DNA of 63,968 nt, the filler included, from Choristocarpus tenellus KU-1152 (Eukaryota; Protista; Phaeophyceae): assembly GCA_964200185.2 (NCBI GenBank). It is 7 parts of 7 records of this genome, joined end to end, with 100 filler letters (N's around TTAATTAATTAA, not from the genome) between each part and the next. Parts side by side here need not be neighbours in the genome. Positions count along the whole stretch, not along the records: positions 37,628 to 42,477 come from CAXNAD020012803.1; positions 42,578 to 59,172 come from CAXNAD020000805.1; 5 more parts are not named here. The stretch is one strand, 5' to 3'. The notes beneath the pieces are model-generated. The model ran no database searches. It worked only from the letters and a program-made list of their open reading frames with translations, and was not told the DNA's origin. Below are positions 37,721-51,400 of the stretch, in pieces (within the stretch, counting starts at the first letter, position 1; each line of letters starts with the position of its first letter). A program made the position numbers and the translations under genes.

Positions 37721-39886
37721 TCAATCTCAAGAGATAAGATGAGAGAGTGCACGTTTAGCCCTAAGCTTGTCACAAAGAAATCACGGACTGTGCCCGTGCA
37801 TGAGCGTCTGTTCCAGAAGACGCCCGCCGTACCTGTGCGGAAAAGACGTATAGAGGTGAGTTCTTAGTCAAGTTATTTTTTTCCCAGGATGGCTGAATAG
37901 ATTGTGATGTTACACAAACCTTTGAAGAAGATTCATTTAGTGAGTAAGAAGCACAAAATCAAAGGGTACTGCCTCCGTGTGATGTTGACTGGGTGAGAAA
38001 TGTTTTGGACCAAGTGTTTCCTGTGTGCTGCCATTGCATTCTGTCTTTCCCTCTCTCTCTTATTGTGTTCCACAGCATATTCACACTCATGGAAGAGATA
38101 CATCTTCAGAGCGTAACGTACCAGGGAAGGAGTGGGAGGTGTTTGTGTGTGCCTGTCCGTGTGTGTGTTGACTAAGTATGTTGGAATGTTGCTGATGTTC
38201 TGTAGGAACCCTTTTTGTGTTTCTTATCACTGACTGGCCCCCGCGCTAGGTACCCCTTAGTGTTGCCCCTTTGCTGATGGAGAAGGCTCACCTCGTGGCA
38301 TATTGTACGCTTGAATCCTAGGGATACCCTCAGAGTTTGAGGTGTGTAGAGTAGGGGCATTTTAAGAAATCATAGAACACCATACTTGCACGCAGGGGGA
38401 GAGTAGCTATGAGATATGCCCATGGGCATGTATGTCAAGGAGCTTACATACCACAACCGTGAAGAGGCCCATATCCACATTCATGATCATGGCATGCACG
38501 GACAGGCTAATAGTATACGCTAGAGGGTGTGTGGGGCATAGGAGAGGGAGAGGTTGTCCATTCTGGGCTTGATGGGGTATGATGAAAATGCCCAGGTTTG
38601 ATGCGCGTTTTGCATGTAATTTTCTCTTGGTATTTGGTCGAGGTAGGGGGATTGAGAAAGAAGGTGCATTAAGATGAAGGAAATTGCCGCTACGTCTAAC
38701 GTTTTCACCCATGCGACAAGGAAATCACTACAGGGTGACATTGGCCCCAATGGACGTCGGAGCCCCCTCTGGGATAGATACTATAGCCCACCACTCCCAC
38801 ATATCTCCATGACGGTTTGTCATCACATTGGGTTGACCGGTCATGAAACATACGTGTAGTATTAGCATCTTCTTTCTTCTTCCACCATCTACCAGAAACG
38901 CTGTCTTGACCCTGGCAGGTTATCCACTCGCTTGCCTCCTACAACAACCTCCTCCAAAGCAGGATCCCCAGCGCACTTTCCAGCCCCGATTCCGTCCAGA
39001 TTCATGGCATTGTTGTGGTCTCGTTCTGTGTCACACTTACCCGTGCTCTGTCGAGACATCAGTAGGGGCTTATGTCTTGTTAGAGCACGGGAAAATGTGA
39101 CACGGGACAAGACCGAATCAATGCCATGAATCTGGAGGGAAAAGGTAAAACAGGTGTGATCTTTTTTGCGGATATTTGGTGCCTTAGCTTCAGCTAACTT
39201 GTTGTACTAGTGGATATTTGCAATTTGACACTGATTTCAATGGCAAGCATTTGGCCTGGGTCGAAATCATGCAGTGAACCATTCTTGAGCGGATTCAACT
39301 CAACTGCGGAAGATGGTACTGGTGTCCCCGTCCAGGTGCTCTCTCACCTTGAACATACTTGACTATAACATACAGTAGTGCCACTTACATCGACAAACTT
39401 CGGACGGCCCAAAGTATGTGTCACAGTAATCAATTGCCCTAGGTGTATTCCCCTAGCCTCCCTTCCATGTTGGTACATACGGAGTAATGGCTCATTACCA
39501 AGCCAGATTTTGAGTAAGTGAGCTGCAGTCATCCCGATTTGGGTTTGTCTTGTTGCTGGTCGTGGGTAGGACAGGGGATGATTTTTTCTTTCAAGATCAT
39601 GCAACGAGATCATTCCTGCAAGCCATAGGTGGTGCCCTAAGCCTCCTCCTGGAGTTATAGACACCATAGTCAAATTGTGACCATGCAGTACACTACACTA
39701 CCATCAAAAGAATCTTCCCCCTACCCCTTGGTTCATCTCCCGGACTCCATAATCCATACACGTACTTCTCCTCCCCAACACTGCTTGTTCTCTCTCCTCA
39801 TTATGACAAGCTACTCTTTTGCTGAATGCACTTTCGCCCCATACACACAGAGTGAAGATCTGGAGTTTAGGGAGATCAATCACAGG
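37721..39886 (+). CDS. Exons of an ECTFxP/HERL-repeat protein (partial)
   Basis: Exon 37721-37855 (SISRDKMRECTFSPKLVTKKSRTVPVHERLFQK..) with good splice sites; a second ECTFAP segment near 39811-39886. Confidence 0.6.
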
Positions 39887-39950
39887 GTGCACTGTGTGGT
39901 GTTGGAGTGGCTATTAGGAGAGGACTGGAGAGTGAGGAGGGGAGCGGGGA

Positions 39951-40073
39951 GCAGAGAGGGCTTTCCTTGATTCAATTTGATTGTATATTATAGCAGAGAG
40001 GGCTTTAATTGATTCAATTTGATTGTATATTATAGCAGAGAGAGCTGTACTTGATTCAATTTGATTGTATATT
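39951..40073 (+). repeat. About 3 x 42 bp tandem repeat
   Basis: TTGATTCAATTTGATTGTATATT at 39967, 40009 and 40051. Confidence 0.9.
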
Positions 40074-40299
40074 GTCTAGGTGTTTCATTGCACAACCACA
40101 AGTGTAGTGGGTTTTGTGGTGAGAAGAGAGCTCCACGGAACTAGAGTACACCATCGTAGTCTCTTTGTTTATGCCTGAGAAGGGTAGAAGTGGTTTCGAA
40201 GAATGGGTGACAGTCGTGTACTTGAAGGCTTGTTAGTGTCGAAGAGACAATGAAAAGGCAGGAAGCGCAATCAAAGGAGATCCGGTGCGCTAGTGTGGG

Positions 40300-42400
40300 G
40301 TCAAGCACAGAGTTTTGTCCCAAGGGGCAGTTGTGTTGTAATGTTTCTTTGGGATATCCTGTGTTGTATAGTACTTGTATGTAGTTAGTGGTACAGCATG
40401 TGTGTATATTTGGTTGGCTTGGGTTGAAGATTTCAACCTCATACATCTGTTGTATGTATTGGACGTAGTGGTGGTTAGGTGTTTCTCTGCTTGTCTTCTG
40501 TCCCCCCCCGGAGGTAGCTGTTGTTCCAGGGGTAACGAACCAAGATGCTTCTTGGGGAGAAAGGCAATCTGGTGTTCAAATTTGATATGGTGCATGCGTA
40601 TACTACTAGGTCGGAGAACATTGATGGAGCATGGTACTTATCTTCTAGTGGTACTGGGCACTTCTCAGTACGTTTATTGAGGGTTGGCTCACTACTGATA
40701 GGTGATCGTCGCCATACGTGTGTATCATTGGTACACACATGTTCGCAGATAGAAACAAGACTAGGAAATGGTTAGCCCGCGAAAGCTGGGCACTGTTTTT
40801 GCATGGGAGATAACCAGAGAAGATTATAGACACAGAAGCCTCCTCTACATCCACAATATTGGTTCAATCCTCGGGTAGAGTACCTCCAGTCAGACAAAAA
40901 CCGACAACAGGTGGGTTGTCCCTCTCTTGCGATGGAAGCAACAATGCAATATGTATGAGTTGAGTGCGCTATCACCGACGATTGGCAGGATGATTTGAAA
41001 TGAGTTACAGCGATAGTAAATCTCAGGAGGGTGCTATGTTCTTGATCAAAACAAACCTCAGTGCTGTAGTCGTATAGCAAAACACAGGGTTGAATTAGTT
41101 GACTTTATGCTGCGGTGAAGGTTTTGTTCAGAGGGGTGAGAAAGTATTAAGGAATCCACTCCGGAGTAATCAGGTGGCGTGTACTGTGGAATCAATGTTT
41201 CTAGAGTATCTTGACATGTTGTGTAGTCGAAAAGGGTATTTAGATATACGTATGCAAGAGCCTTTAGTACAACTCCGTGCACCGTGTATTCATCTTCGCA
41301 AATTCCAGATCCTCTTCGTTTATGTTTATGTGGTGAAACTTCATTGAGCAAGAGAAGCTTGTTACATATGGGGTAGAATGAACAATCAGTGTTGGGTAGA
41401 AGTATTTTATGGATTATGGAATCTAGGAGATAAGACAATGGCTAGGGGGAAGATCATTTTGATGATAGTGTAGATTACTGGACCATCACAATGTGATGAT
41501 GCTGCCAGCAACAAACAACAATGCGTACATGTATATACATGTAATACCGAACTACTCCTATTGTATCTTTTACTCATTGTGCCGCATTCCCCTTCTCAAT
41601 CCAACCAAAATAAGTATGTAGTCCCCTAGAGGAGATAGGGAGGTAAACCAGGTGCAAAGTAGTGCTGACTTGCCATGCAAGGCTTCTTCTTGGTAATCTC
41701 CGTATCACCCTTCGTTGGATAGAGGCTCTCAAATGGTTTTGCATTGCGTTCCTCGGCCTTGGTTTCACTTTGCATGAAAGTAGGTACATATTTTGTTGTA
41801 CATTTGAATGGATTAGCAAGGTATTTGTGTGCTTCTGTAACTCAATGACAATGGAAAGGGGGAGGATGAGAGGGGGGATGTGTAAGTGAATTATAGTAAG
41901 ATATCGCTTGCCACCCGTAGAGAACAGAGGTATCCCACAGTGGAATAAGGTGGACGAGAAGGGACAAATACGTTGATGGGGAGCCACACCTTCTCCAGTT
42001 GAAGATTGGAATGTGCACAGCATCGCTTCCTCATCATCTACTCGGTTGATGGCGTTGGTGGCATCACTGGGGTTCCCATCCCCGGAATCTTGAAAGGAGT
42101 ATGTTTGCAGCGTATTGAAGAATAGTAGAATGACTATTCAACGCTCACAAAAATGATCCAAGGGTTTGGAGAAACTGAGAGTTGAGCTGATGATCCATCT
42201 TGTTGGGGGAGTTCTATCTGCTGCCAGTCAGGTATTCCTTTCTCTGATATTGGATCAACACGGATCATGCTTTCAATGTTTATTCTCCAACACTTGTGTG
42301 TGATACTGTTGTGGTTAGTATAACAATATTGTACTGAAGTTTTAAGGTTAGGCAAACGCCTAACCTGGAATCAATCCAATCAGGTATATATTTGACTCTA
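40300..42400 (-). mobile_element. Decayed LINE-like reverse transcriptase relic
   Basis: TYGDDH at 40719-40702 (YADD-like), preceded by weak RQG-like and domain-2-like fragments; many stops. Confidence 0.4.
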
Positions 42401-42477
42401 TCATTTGAGCTCTTGGAAAGGTAAGCAGATGAGAAATTAACGAAAATACTCAAAGTATCTGGGAGGGGGTGGCGGCT

Positions 42478-42577
42478 NNNNNNNNNNNNNNNNNNNNNNN
42501 NNNNNNNNNNNNNNNNNNNNNTTAATTAATTAANNNNNNNNNNNNNNNNNNNNNNNNNNNNNNNNNNNNNNNNNNNN
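42478..42577. other. Artificial contig spacer
   Basis: Same linker. Confidence 0.97.
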
Positions 42578-44556
42578 AAGAGAGGCGGTAGGACCTCCAG
42601 CCTTCTATTTCATCACCCTAACCCTAGACTTGATGGGGTGTTGCAAAATATTCTAGTTTGATACCCATTCTGCAGGTGATTTCCCTTTGGATTTGGTCCA
42701 GGTAGGCAGATGGAAAAGGACGGTGCACCCACTCTTATATTTCACACGTACTGTCAAATGACCTGAAAATCACTACAGGGACACAAAGGCCCCAAATAGA
42801 CACCTGACCCCCCCACTAAGATATATGACCTAGAAATAGGGTGGATTGCTACATTCCAAAATGTTTTCAATTAATTTATAAAATGATGCTTCCGATGCTG
42901 AATTCATGTCAATGTTAACCCTTGTCTCACTTCTTCAAATTGCAAAACTGCACCACCCGGCAACAGGATGTGTAACCACCTCCCCATGTTATTTCTATTC
43001 AGGCAATTCTCATCCCAAGTTCCTCCAGGTTCCTCCTAATGATCTCAGCAACACCTACACCATCTTTCTGGTACAGTCAGTACCAGAGGTTTGCCACTGA
43101 GTCCAACCCGCACACACTCGTGGAGGACCTACTGTTGTCTTCTCCAGACAACAAATCCATAGGGACACATCCCACACCAAGTTTTGACAAGGGACAGGAT
43201 TCATTCTGTGTGTGTGGAGATACAATCGTTGGGAGGAGAGTATGTGGTGTTAAGTGTCATTGATGAAGAAAGACTTGTATACTCCATGGGTTACAAGGGT
43301 GAATGTGGTGATAAGTCCTTGCCCCGAGGGCCACGGTTGCACATGCTAGAGGAAGAGGTTGAGAAGGGCACCCAACTGCTACAAGAGAAGGAGAAGAGGG
43401 ACCGTGATACACTCAAAGCTCAATGCAAGGAGTGGCAGGAACGACATAGCCAGAAGGAGAATGGGAGGAGGACGAGGAGAACCAACATTGGAAGTTGTGC
43501 CCATGTTGGAGGAGACTACTCTTCTTCACAGTGCTGAGGCCACGAGACCCCACTTCTGGTTGAACAACAGTCAACGAGAGCCGTTTATTGCGGTTGTGGA
43601 CTCTTTTCTTTAGCCATCTCTTTATTGAGGTTCTTGTATTTTTATTGCGTTGGCCAATGAAATTTCCAGAAAACCCCTCATCCTTCTCCCTCATTTTTAT
43701 CCTTTCAAAAACAACACAGCAGATACATTGTAGCATGGTTGGTAATTCAGGAATGCTGAACACATGTTGGGTGTTATTACTGGCAAAGGCCAAACCAAAC
43801 GACAAAGCAAAAATGGAGAGCATCAAGCAGGTGGGTCCTGAGCTGCTACTCATGCGTCTTGGGTGCTTTCTACACATACTGCACTTGGCCATCCATGCAT
43901 GGTTGGAGAATTGTTCGTTTATGGACAAGATGGGAACGGGAAGTTGGGAAAAGTGGCCCTCTGATCACCTCGTGGCACTCCAGCTCTTCCTTAAGAGTCT
44001 TGGCAACCTTTGCTTGCTCAATCTCAATTGCAGGTAGAATAAGGTTTGGGTCAAAAGACTCAAGCTCCTTCCGAAGATTGTCAACCTTGATCTTCTCCCT
44101 TTGAGGTTATTTCTGGTCGTTTTCCTCCCTTTACTTTTGGAACTCCACCTTCAAACATTGCAATCTCTTCTTCAGGCACTGCTGACATCTCAGAGTGTTG
44201 ATGATAATTTTCAATACGAATATCAACCTCACGGTTCTTAGCAGATTAGTCTCTTCGTCTCTCATCTTCCTTATCAAACAATATAGTCACAGTAGCCTCT
44301 GAAGTGTTTTGCTCCTTCCTTGTCACAGTGGCCTCCATCATTGTGAAGGCTTGCTCAACTTTGCCCTCCACCTCTGCTTTCACTTTTTCAATATTCACTT
44401 CACTCACTGTACATAGTTTCTTTAGGTTATCTGACATCTGTTCATAAATGAATGAATTCTCCTGATTGTTGTGTGGGTGTGGGAAGTTTCACTTTTCCTA
44501 CTGTGATATAGAAAGAAGTGTGATCAGTGTGATCAGAAAAGTGCCTTCTGCTGTTC

Positions 44557-45874
44557 ATGTGTCTTAGTCTTCCATACACACCATTTTATTTTGGTGCACT
44601 TTACTATTGTGCTGTGACTATCATTCCCTACAAGAAGTTCTGGTTAAGAGACTATTTCAAAATGCGTGCTTCATCAGTTTTTGTGTATGATGACAATCTC
44701 CAAAATACCAAGTATGGATTTCAAATCTTGGACCTCTACACACACATCCTCCCATACGTTTTTGACAAAATGTCCACCCCAAAAAGTGTGATTCTCATAA
44801 ATTTTATTAAATCCGAAAGAGAGCAAAATGCAAAAAGGGATTCAATAAGTGGTGTTTTGCTACATTATTTCAAGTCCCAGATTGATAAATTGGGGAAAAA
44901 CAGGTATCATGTGAATAGCATGGTTCTTTGGTTCAACTTCACCACTGAGCACAAACTCATTCTGTCTAAACTGGTCCAAGCTGGGGATCCATGGAAGGCC
45001 CCACACTCGAGCATGGGACAAGATACGGGAGGAGTCCCTTCATATTTTCTATTTTCATGTTTGTGTGGGGGCATTGAGGGGAGACTTAATGTTCTCTTGA
45101 AGGGGTCAGAAGAGTTGGATGACACATTCACTCATAGGAGTGGGACCACAGAGAAGTTTGATCTGGAAGACCTCTACTCGAGATCTGGAGTAGTGGATTA
45201 CGCAAGAGAGTCTAAGTCGGAAGAAATGAAAAGACTGAGGACACTCGGAGAGGCAGGAAGTTTGAGGTAGAATATTCCACCATGATGAAGGCCAAGTCTG
45301 GACGGACGATGTCTCGGTGAATTAGTAATGATGAAGGGAAAGCTGGAGGTAAGGACAAGGGGGAAGGCAAATGCCACCAATTCAGGTACTGATGCCGACA
45401 GACTAAGTTCAGTCTCCTTTTCCCTATCAATGACAAGGAAGAAGCAGACTGTGCCCGTCCGCCTCTATAACCACAAGCCAGAGAGTGGTTGGAAACCCAG
45501 ATTTCAAGTCTCTTTGTTTTCTGAGAGTGGCGGAGGGGATGGAAGGAGGGAGGAGCTGGAACGAAAAGGAAGTTTCACCACGAGGAGGTGGAGCTCTAGA
45601 AGGAAACTATGCAGCAGGAGTCCAAGAGGAGCAAGGATCTATCTACAGGAGGATATGAATGAGGAGGGCGTTTTCCACCACCACCAACCAGCATGAGGAC
45701 ATGGTGAGGGAGAGGTTGGAGGAGAGGGGGAAGAGGGAGAGAAAGGGTGATTTGGACAGGATGGAGAGGGAGAGAAGGGACAAGTTGGACAGGGAACCGA
45801 AGTTGGATGAGAGGGTGGAAAGACAAAAGGTGAGAAGCGGGAAGGTGATTAGCATAAGACCACGGCAAACATGA
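44557..45874 (+). other. Intronless broken ORFs (237 aa plus charged tail), probably a retroelement gag relic
   Basis: Long, CpG-poor open frame with no splice pattern and no recognised domain. Confidence 0.25.
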
Positions 45875-46107
45875 TGTATGCCTTTATTGAGGGGGTGAGT
45901 AAGAAGCTGAGTTAAACTGAAGTGTTAACTGAAGTTTTGCACAGGTATGAGAGATTGATTTGTTGCGACCCCTTGGTTTGTGTTGAGAGTTTGAGGCATG
46001 TGTGTGTGTCTACAAGAAGCAAACAAAAACTTGTGGAACATAAAAAAAACTGAAAAAAATGGACATCTTCTCACTTCCCTGTCAAAATAAAATAAATTAT
46101 CACTTGC

Positions 46108-47193
46108 GAGTCAAACCATCTGAGAGGAGGCGGGTTGCATTGCAAGGATCCCGAGGAAGGGCAAAAAGAAGCAATTTTGTACAAGTCCAGAAATAGGTCG
46201 AATATCAATTCTGTGAACACTATTGTGCACATAAAGCATTGAAATAAAGCGTATTGCACAGGGGAAGAAAGATGGCTTAGAATGCACAAGGGCCCAAACT
46301 TGCCCGTATCTTGATTGATTTAGCTCTTGTGTGCATTTCCTGCTCATAAAGTACAAAACAAGACTAGGTACTGGTAGTCCACATAGATGTTCTACATCTT
46401 CATGGCACCACAAATTTGTTTGAGACTAGAGACAAAGCTCTTCCACTTTTGCATTATTTCTGAACAAATCATAGCAAAAAGATGTATATGGCCCTCCATT
46501 GTTGTGAAGGTAGTCGGTATGGAGTAAGAGGGATGAGTAAATTAAAAGTTGAGGATCAGGGTTGTGGTTTTGAATCAGAAACTGATGGAGAGTGTTCTAC
46601 AATGAGTCATGAATGTATCCTAAGGATCTGCCTTTTGACACAGTTTGTTGTCATAGGATAATGGTGTGGAGTTAGGTTAAGTGGATTAAAATTGTGAGTA
46701 AGCTGTAATAATCAAGTGAACATCTTGTGCTGTCGAATCTGCAGATATGGTAGACATTTTTTGTATGTTGTTGAGGCAGGGCCGTTGATGAAGTTCACAA
46801 TCTTCTCTATCAGTGAGTGTATAGGATTATTGCAATGGGTGATAAATGACATTCCAGAAGCCCAACGTGATATCTCATTTTCTGCTCTCGAGTGAGAACA
46901 GGAGTAACATACTAGTAATAAAATGTGAGGATGTTTGAGCCAAACCAATTGAGATGCGGCAAGTTTGGACCCTTTTACATTTTAAACCTTCCTTCTACCC
47001 CTGTCCAATACACTCTATTTCATTGCTTTATGTGCACAATAGTGCACACAGAATTGGTATTCGCTCTTTCCACGCACAAAGTGATACCACTATCCAGCAA
47101 AGACTCTGCAATTGCACAAAATGACAAAAAAATTTGCCCTTTCTTGAGATCCTTAAAATGAAACCCGTGCCTACCTCTCAGTTCGTTTGACTC
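46108..47193. mobile_element. 1.09-kb foldback/TIR element with diverged inverted arms of about 180-200 bp
   Basis: GAGTCAAACCATCTGAGAGG...CCTCTCAGTTCGTTTGACTC. The arms translate to near-identical peptides on opposite strands (PVQYALFQCFMCTIV / PVQYTLFHCFMCTIV). Confidence 0.75.
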
Positions 47194-48411
47194 TTTTTTT
47201 GTTTCATTATTTCTACCTTACATTATTGAGATGAAAGAATTAGGGGCCATACATTGCAAAGCACTCAGTGATGAGGGCTACACCCCAAAGTACTCCACCA
47301 TTTTGCCACCATACAGGCAGGTATGGATTCTGTTCAAGAGAGCCCTTATTGCACACACCTTGCCGATGGGTTGCAGGTGCAGGTTGAATTCTGCTTACCG
47401 CAAGGAACGCCAAACATGTTGCAAACCAGTAGTACAAGACCAGGTCATGTGTTTCATTCACGAGTTGAGGCTCGTAACTGTTGAAACCTGGGATTTAATG
47501 AATCGTTCTCTTCTACGGTGGCAGGTTGGTTGTGATGAAGGGGTGCACAGTGCAATGAAGCACCAGTGAATTCATGCTGATGAATCTGATGACATGATGT
47601 GCAGAGTCTGAGGTTATTTGGTAAGATGTGGGTATTCCTTGAGACGCTCAAAGAAAGAAGTACATGCTCTGAGTAGAAGGTTGGCACCTTGTGAAAAAGG
47701 ATTTATCAAGGTGTTATTTTTACTGGGAATATATTGCATCTTGGTGTGTAGGGGTACACTTAGTACAGAGTGAACTGCAAGTGTAAGTAGGGGCAAAGAC
47801 AACCAAAGAAAAAATAATAATCAAATGTGAGAGGGAACTGATGATTGTGATGTGAAAATAAAAAACTAAGAAACAAACTTGAATCAATATCTAGAACAAT
47901 TCATATGGCACATACTATGCTTGTATGTTTCACAGATGTCGACTGTTCCATGGTTCCTATCCACTATGATTTTCTAACAATAATTGATGATGCTATGATG
48001 AGGTACTAATGATGTAAACGTGACTAACGACCAGTTCCAATGTGCGAATCAGCAGTAAGTATGAACTGGTAATACTGTATCGTATCAAATATACAGAAGA
48101 GATGAGTAGTCTATGTTTTAACATTTGTCAAAATGGAACCGACTCCCCTCCCAACCTATAAAGTGTTTTAACTCTTGAACCAAACTCGTATGTGCCTTTG
48201 TAAAGGGTGCTTCGTCTGTCCATATCTTCTTACCAACTAAAACCTCCATAACAATATCCAATGAGGGCAACTGTGTTCGAAAACAAACGTCCTTCACGTT
48301 GACATATCCCCACTGCTAGTCCCTAACTCCTTCAAGGAACGATATGTGTGTCGCCAAAGTTTAATCGGAGAGGAGCCATTTTCAGCATTTAGAAGAATTT
48401 CGGTTCTGTGA

Positions 48412-51400
48412 ATGGGTTTGCTTGGAATAATCTGGGGTCGGATCAAGCACGTATTCGGAGTGAAGCAAGAGAGGACAAATATGGACAAAAATACAGAATG
48501 GAGGAAGGGCAGGCGAAGGACCCTAAAGAGAATAAAAACTCATATTAACTCGTTCGAGAGGTCTCTAATTTTTACCGCTAAGAGGAAAGAGTTCCTGGAC
48601 AAGGCGCACAAGAAGCGAGTGTTGCTTGCACGATTTCGCACACTTCAGAATCTGAGGAGAAAAGGGAAATTCGTGAAGTCGGCAGTACGAGAACTTTACC
48701 CCGAGGTACCCCATCGCTTTTTTTTACGTGCATGAAACTGACCTCCTCGATGACCACTGGTTCATACTGCCGCCACCCAAACCGTCAATTGGGGTTGCGG
48801 ACCTATGGAAACATGATATCAAAGAAAAAAAATGATCGTACACCACAGGAGTACAGTTCTAGAGGCCCAAGATCGTGTGCTTGGCAACAACAAGTCCCTG
48901 CGTCTGAGTGAGATGCGACTTTATACATAAATGCATGTCTGGAGATGCACTTGCAGGGCATGGTAGGTCTTTTCAAGGCTCCCATCGTAGAGTTTGACGG
49001 CCTATCTTGCATATTGTTCTCTGAGATATTATATATATATATCTCCATGTAAAAAAAGAGCAACTCTATCCATGGACCAAGGCTAGGCACAATTCTCATT
49101 CTATTCCACTTGTGGAAAATCGTGGTGTAGGAAAAGCCAATTCAAGAATATCTACTGTTTCAAATAAAATAGATTGGACAAATTGCGTCAGGGTTGTCAG
49201 CTGACACCACATGTCAGCCTATCTCGACTCCATGAAGAAGCACTGTGCCATGTAGTGAGTGACCAGAGAGTGTATCCAACCTTTCCAGGTACAAGGGGCT
49301 ATCTTTGACCTTCTCTTTGATGAGTTTGAATGCTATGGAGCAGAGGACAACTGTTTGGCCATGTTCACCCTTGCCACATTCCTGGTGAGCCTCTTGTGTG
49401 GTCTTAACATGTATTCATAACAAAGCAAAAATGGGAGATGAGAGTTGTAAGGTAGAGATCTAAAACAAATGCTTAAAGACGAGGCATTGCTGATTTTCTT
49501 GGATTCCATCTTGTGAAGAGGTGATGGTGACCAGTGAAACGAGATTGGAGCCACCTTTTTTTATCTCTAGGATCAGGTGCCCCACTCCTTGTTGGTCAAT
49601 GCCATATTGAATAGGTGGTTTGCCCACTTCAAAAATATTGTCTATATTTCAATTTGCATCTTAGTCTATGATCCATTGAAATATGTTCTTAGGATGAATA
49701 GTGAAAGAGATAGATTTCAGACTGTCAAATTATCCTTCGAGCATAGACCATTTGTGATTGATATTTCCCAAGAGATGTTTCTATAACTGATCGTGGCGGT
49801 TATTGTCCGCAGTGCTTACTATTCCATATGTGAACAATGAATTCACACCCTGGGCATAGGTTTCCAATAGATCTATCTAGTTGGGTCAAAATACATATTT
49901 TTGCTCCATTTCTTTGTTGATGACCTATAATTATAACCTCTGATCTATGCTTAGTATTTCTATTCTGCAACTTACATTCAACTCCAGACTATCCAAAATT
50001 GTACCCTCTCCTGCTTGGAAGAAAGGCTCTTCATCCACTCATTGTGAAGGACATTGAAAAATGACGCCCCCCTTGTTCAAATTGGCACCAGACTTTCATC
50101 TACATTATTTTATGGGTTCAATATCTTCCCAATCAATAAACTTCAAATGGAAATAAGCAACTACCACGAGAGCAACTCATACTCCTGCAATCAGACCTTG
50201 GTATTTCCTGTCAAAATGTGGTTGTCTTGGTTCAAATCCTAGGACTACCCAAGTGTGTTTTGTGCAAGTATGTGAAATTTTTGAAGTCTTTGATTCATCT
50301 CCACCCCCATTATGTACTCAGTTGCAAATGGAAGAAGACTATGGATGATGATAATCAGCATTTTGGGGGGGAAGGTTTTTTTTCACAAGGGTAGTTCAAG
50401 TGAAAGTTGATGTCGTTGAAGTTCACGATACCTCTAAATATTTAAAAACTGAACTTAATACTGTATTCTCATTCTGAGCCTTTGTTGCCTACAGACCACA
50501 ACCGAAACGGCAAGCTTTTGCGATGAGGTCGACTTGGGTTTCTCTGTTTTTGATGTCGATGGTAGTGGAGATATCAGCAGGGCAGAGTTCGGGATGCTTG
50601 TGAAGGCTTCAACTACAGCAAGCAATTTCAAATTCCGGAATAACCTTGACACTGCTAGAGGCAGGTACGTCTGATGGATCTGGTCTTAGGCTTCAGACAA
50701 AATTGTCCCTTGATGGGAAATTTGAAATAATCAGCAGGGGTCCAGTCATGATTCATACTCCACCATCCAAGTGCTACAGTAATCAACATCCTATCATACG
50801 TTACCTGAATGTACTATTTGACATTGTAGATTGATTGCACTATTTTACATTGTAGATTGTACTATTGCGTTTTGAATAACCATGTATGCAGGAAAGTGTA
50901 AGCTAGAAACCTGGACTACTTTCAGGCACCAATACATCTCCTCACTTGTCAGGGAACACTTTTTGAAACTGTGCAAGCATGAAACTGCACCAGTGGTTGT
51001 GGAGGCATTTGATGCTGTCAAGAGATTCAAGGGAACAAAAAATAATTGCACAGATGAAGCACTCAACATATTTGAAACATATTTCAAGGATGGGGCCCAT
51101 AAACAGGTGTGCAAACCTTCAGGTCAATCCACACAATTTTGAGCAATCCACAATCTTACTTTTTTGGGAAATAGTTGAGTTTCCAAGCGTAAAAGAGATA
51201 TATAATTATATGTTTATCTTGTGAGACTTAAAAATTTCTTGTCCAAGGAACTGTGGAGATATTGACACATTTTCAACCCTGATAACATCACTCCACATAA
51301 GTAGTTCCACAGGGTAACTTCCAACCGCTACAGAGAGCTGCAAAGTAACATACGTAGGCATTCAATGGTACTCTTGGCCACCCTTGCAGCACTAAAGATT

